A DNA stretch of 64,000 bases. It comes from an uncultured Acidobacteriota bacterium. GTDB lineage: Bacteria > Acidobacteriota > Thermoanaerobaculia > Multivoradales > SZUA-115. Of this stretch, positions 61,972 to 64,000 are shown one piece after another. Position 1 is the first letter of the stretch. Each line of letters begins with the position of its first letter. The stretch is taken from the NCBI GenBank assembly GCA_963805975.1, contig CAWDVR010000005.1, positions 96,001 through 160,000 on the forward strand. The letters are read 5' to 3'. The notes beneath the pieces were generated by a model that ran no database searches, was not told where the DNA came from, and saw nothing but the letters and a program-made list of their open reading frames with translations. The translations under genes were made by a program, and so were the position numbers.

Positions 61972-63024
61972 ATGCATCGCAGCTTTCAGAAGACCCTCTT
62001 CGCCGCGCTTGCCCTCTGCCTCGCCGGCGCCGTGACCGCGCAAGACCCGGCTCCGCCGGCCGCGGATTCTAAACCCAGCGGCCCGCAGCCCAAGGTCGTC
62101 ATCGCCAATCCGATCGCCGAGCTCCCCGCCGTGCCCAAGGGAGAGAAGGTCAAGCACGACTTCCTGGTCAAGAACGAGGGGCAGGCGCCGCTCGAGATCA
62201 CCAGCGTGCGCCCCTCCTGCGGCTGCACCATCGCCGACTTCGACAAGGTGATCGCGCCGGGCTCGAGCGGCAAGATCCACACCGAGCTCGACACCGCCAA
62301 CATGATGCCCGGCGGCACCGCCAAGACGGTCAGCGTCTTCACCAACGACCCCGCCACGCCCCGCATCGAGCTCACCCTGATGGTGAAGGTGGAGAGCTAC
62401 CTGACCTTCAACCCCGGCTTCGCCCGCTACACCCGCGGCCACGGCTTCGAGCCCGGTGTCGTGACCCAGCTCATGTTCTCGCCGGACTTCGGCGATCTCG
62501 TGATCAGCAAGGTGGAGTCCCCGTGGCCGTTCCTCAAGGTCGAGCACCGCGAGGCCAAGCCGGAGGAGCGCCGCAGCGAGGGCATCGGCAGGGAGTTCGT
62601 CTTCACCGCCACGCTCGACTACGAGGCCGCCCCGGTGGGCCCGCTCAACGGCAACGTCCTGGTCTACACCAACCACCCCAAGCAGCCGATCGGCCGCCTG
62701 CCGGTGTCCGGTTTCGTGCGGCCCCGCGTCGCCATCACGCCGCCGATCGCCGACTTCGGCGACGTGGACCTCTCGCAGCCCGTCACGGCGCGCCTGCTGG
62801 TCAACAACTTCGCGCCCGAGAAGCTGCGCGTGACCTCGGTCGAGCAAGGTCTCTCCGGTGGCAGCGTGACCTTCTCCACCGCCGAGGAGGGCAAGAAGTA
62901 CTACGTCGAGTTCAAGCTGCCCGCCGACCTGCCCAAGGGCCCGTTCTCGAGCGAGATCAAGATCCACACCGACAGCCCGAAGAACGCGATCATCACCGTG
63001 CCGGTGAAGGGCAAGGTGCTGTAA
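61972..63024 (+). CDS. Secreted DUF1573-like (Ig-fold) protein
   Basis: Signal peptide; F.VKNEG..PL.I..V.PSCGCT, IAPG, TNDP. Confidence 0.85.
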   Translation: MHRSFQKTLFAALALCLAGAVTAQDPAPPAADSKPSGPQPKVVIANPIAELPAVPKGEKVKHDFLVKNEGQAPLEITSVRPSCGCTIADFDKVIAPGSSGKIHTELDTANMMPGGTAKTVSVFTNDPATPRIELTLMVKVESYLTFNPGFARYTRGHGFEPGVVTQLMFSPDFGDLVISKVESPWPFLKVEHREAKPEERRSEGIGREFVFTATLDYEAAPVGPLNGNVLVYTNHPKQPIGRLPVSGFVRPRVAITPPIADFGDVDLSQPVTARLLVNNFAPEKLRVTSVEQGLSGGSVTFSTAEEGKKYYVEFKLPADLPKGPFSSEIKIHTDSPKNAIITVPVKGKVL

Positions 63025-63034
63025 GGGCCGACCG

Positions 63035-63157
63035 GCCCTCACCCGACCCTCTCCCGCAGGCGGGAGAGGGCGCCGCCACCCCCCACAGAGGCCAGAGCGC
63101 CTTGCCCTCCGGCCCCCTCGCCCCGCGTCAGCGGGGAGAGGGTTAGGGGTGAGGGGC
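63035..63157. repeat. Two inverted copies of REP-like family A between convergent genes
   Basis: 63035-63072 GCCCTCACCCGACCCTCTCCCGCAGGCGGGAGAGGG and reverse copy 63107-63157. Confidence 0.85.
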
Positions 63158-63158
63158 C

Positions 63159-63980
63159 TCAGGGCCTGCCCCAGAGCTCCGCTTCGTCCTTCGGCCGCGC
63201 CGGTGTGCGGCGACCCCGCTGGCGCACCGAATCGACGGCTTCCATGATGGGCGCCAGCACGCGGTTCTGGAGCGCCGCGAGCTCGGCGATCCCGGCGAGC
63301 GCCAGGTCGAGCAGCGTATCCATCTCCGTCCGGCTGAAGGTCTCGCCCTCGCCCGTGCCCTGCACCTCGATCAGCCGTCCCGAGGCCGTGGCGACGACGT
63401 TCATGTCCACTCCCGCCTGCTGGTCCTCCACGTACTCGAGGTCGAGGAGGGCTACGCCGCCCAGCCGGCCCACCGACACCGCCGCCACCTGCTCGGCGAT
63501 CGGCCAGCGCTCGAGGTCGCCGGTCAGCAGCAGCTTGCCCACCGCCAGCACCGCCGCCACGTAGGCGCCGGTGATCGACGCGGTGCGGGTGCCGCCGTCG
63601 GCCTGGAGCACGTCGCAGTCGAGGATCAGCGTGCGCTCGCCGAGGGCCTTCAGGTCCACGGCGGCGCGCAGGCTGCGGCCGATCAGGCGCTGGATCTCCG
63701 AGGTGCGGCCCGAGGGCCGGCCGCGCGTCACCTCGCGCTGCGAGCGCGTGGCGGTGGCGCGCGGCAGCATCGAGTACTCGGCCGTGAGCCAGCCCTTGCC
63801 GCTGTCGCGCAGGAACGGCGGCACCTGGTTCTCGACGCTCGCCGCCACCAGGACCCTGGTATCGCCGACCGAGATCAGCGCCGAGCCCTCGGCGTACTTC
63901 AGCGTGTCGATCTCGATCGCGACCGGCCGCAGGGCATTCGCCGCACGGCCGTGGGGACGGGGGAGGGAAGGGGTCGACAT
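63159..63980 (-). CDS. rph: Ribonuclease PH
   Basis: [54 protein letters not shown]. Confidence 0.97.
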   Translation of the reverse strand: MSTPSLPRPHGRAANALRPVAIEIDTLKYAEGSALISVGDTRVLVAASVENQVPPFLRDSGKGWLTAEYSMLPRATATRSQREVTRGRPSGRTSEIQRLIGRSLRAAVDLKALGERTLILDCDVLQADGGTRTASITGAYVAAVLAVGKLLLTGDLERWPIAEQVAAVSVGRLGGVALLDLEYVEDQQAGVDMNVVATASGRLIEVQGTGEGETFSRTEMDTLLDLALAGIAELAALQNRVLAPIMEAVDSVRQRGRRTPARPKDEAELWGRP

Positions 63981-64000
63981 CCCGGCATTCTAGTGCGCGC

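Overview
High-GC bacterial chromosomal window, probably Acidobacteriota/Thermoanaerobaculia-like (inferred from gene content and a C-terminal F-x-x-G-F-E-x-G motif), starting inside dnaN. The housekeeping backbone is dnaN-recF-gyrB-gyrA-tal, tRNA-Leu(GAG)-secG-tpiA-pgk-gap, tsaD, ubiX, ftcD, mpl and rph. Accessory modules: (1) a four-gene operon of a Cys-rich radical SAM enzyme, a degenerate Cys-bearing metallophosphoesterase, a flavin oxidoreductase and a GNAT, the best candidate for an uncharacterised pathway and possibly arsenic-related; (2) an FtpABCDE/SrsABC-like type III PKS cluster extended by YceI and an MMPL exporter; (3) a large secreted PKD protein with a putative C-terminal sorting motif; (4) a sigma54 two-component system with a consensus -24/-12 promoter in front of an unusual secreted low-complexity protein; (5) an OmpR-type two-component system with paired 11-bp direct-repeat boxes, a TonB receptor and an orphan secreted protein; (6) vapBC beside the tRNA, and hicB next to a hicA broken by a MITE-like palindrome; (7) a decayed patch with a collapsed lodA/goxA, an intact lodB/goxB, a dinB carrying an in-frame TGA and a WYL fragment. 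Several families of REP-like palindromes and many apparently leaderless promoters are also visible. All calls come from motif recognition by eye; no database searches were run.
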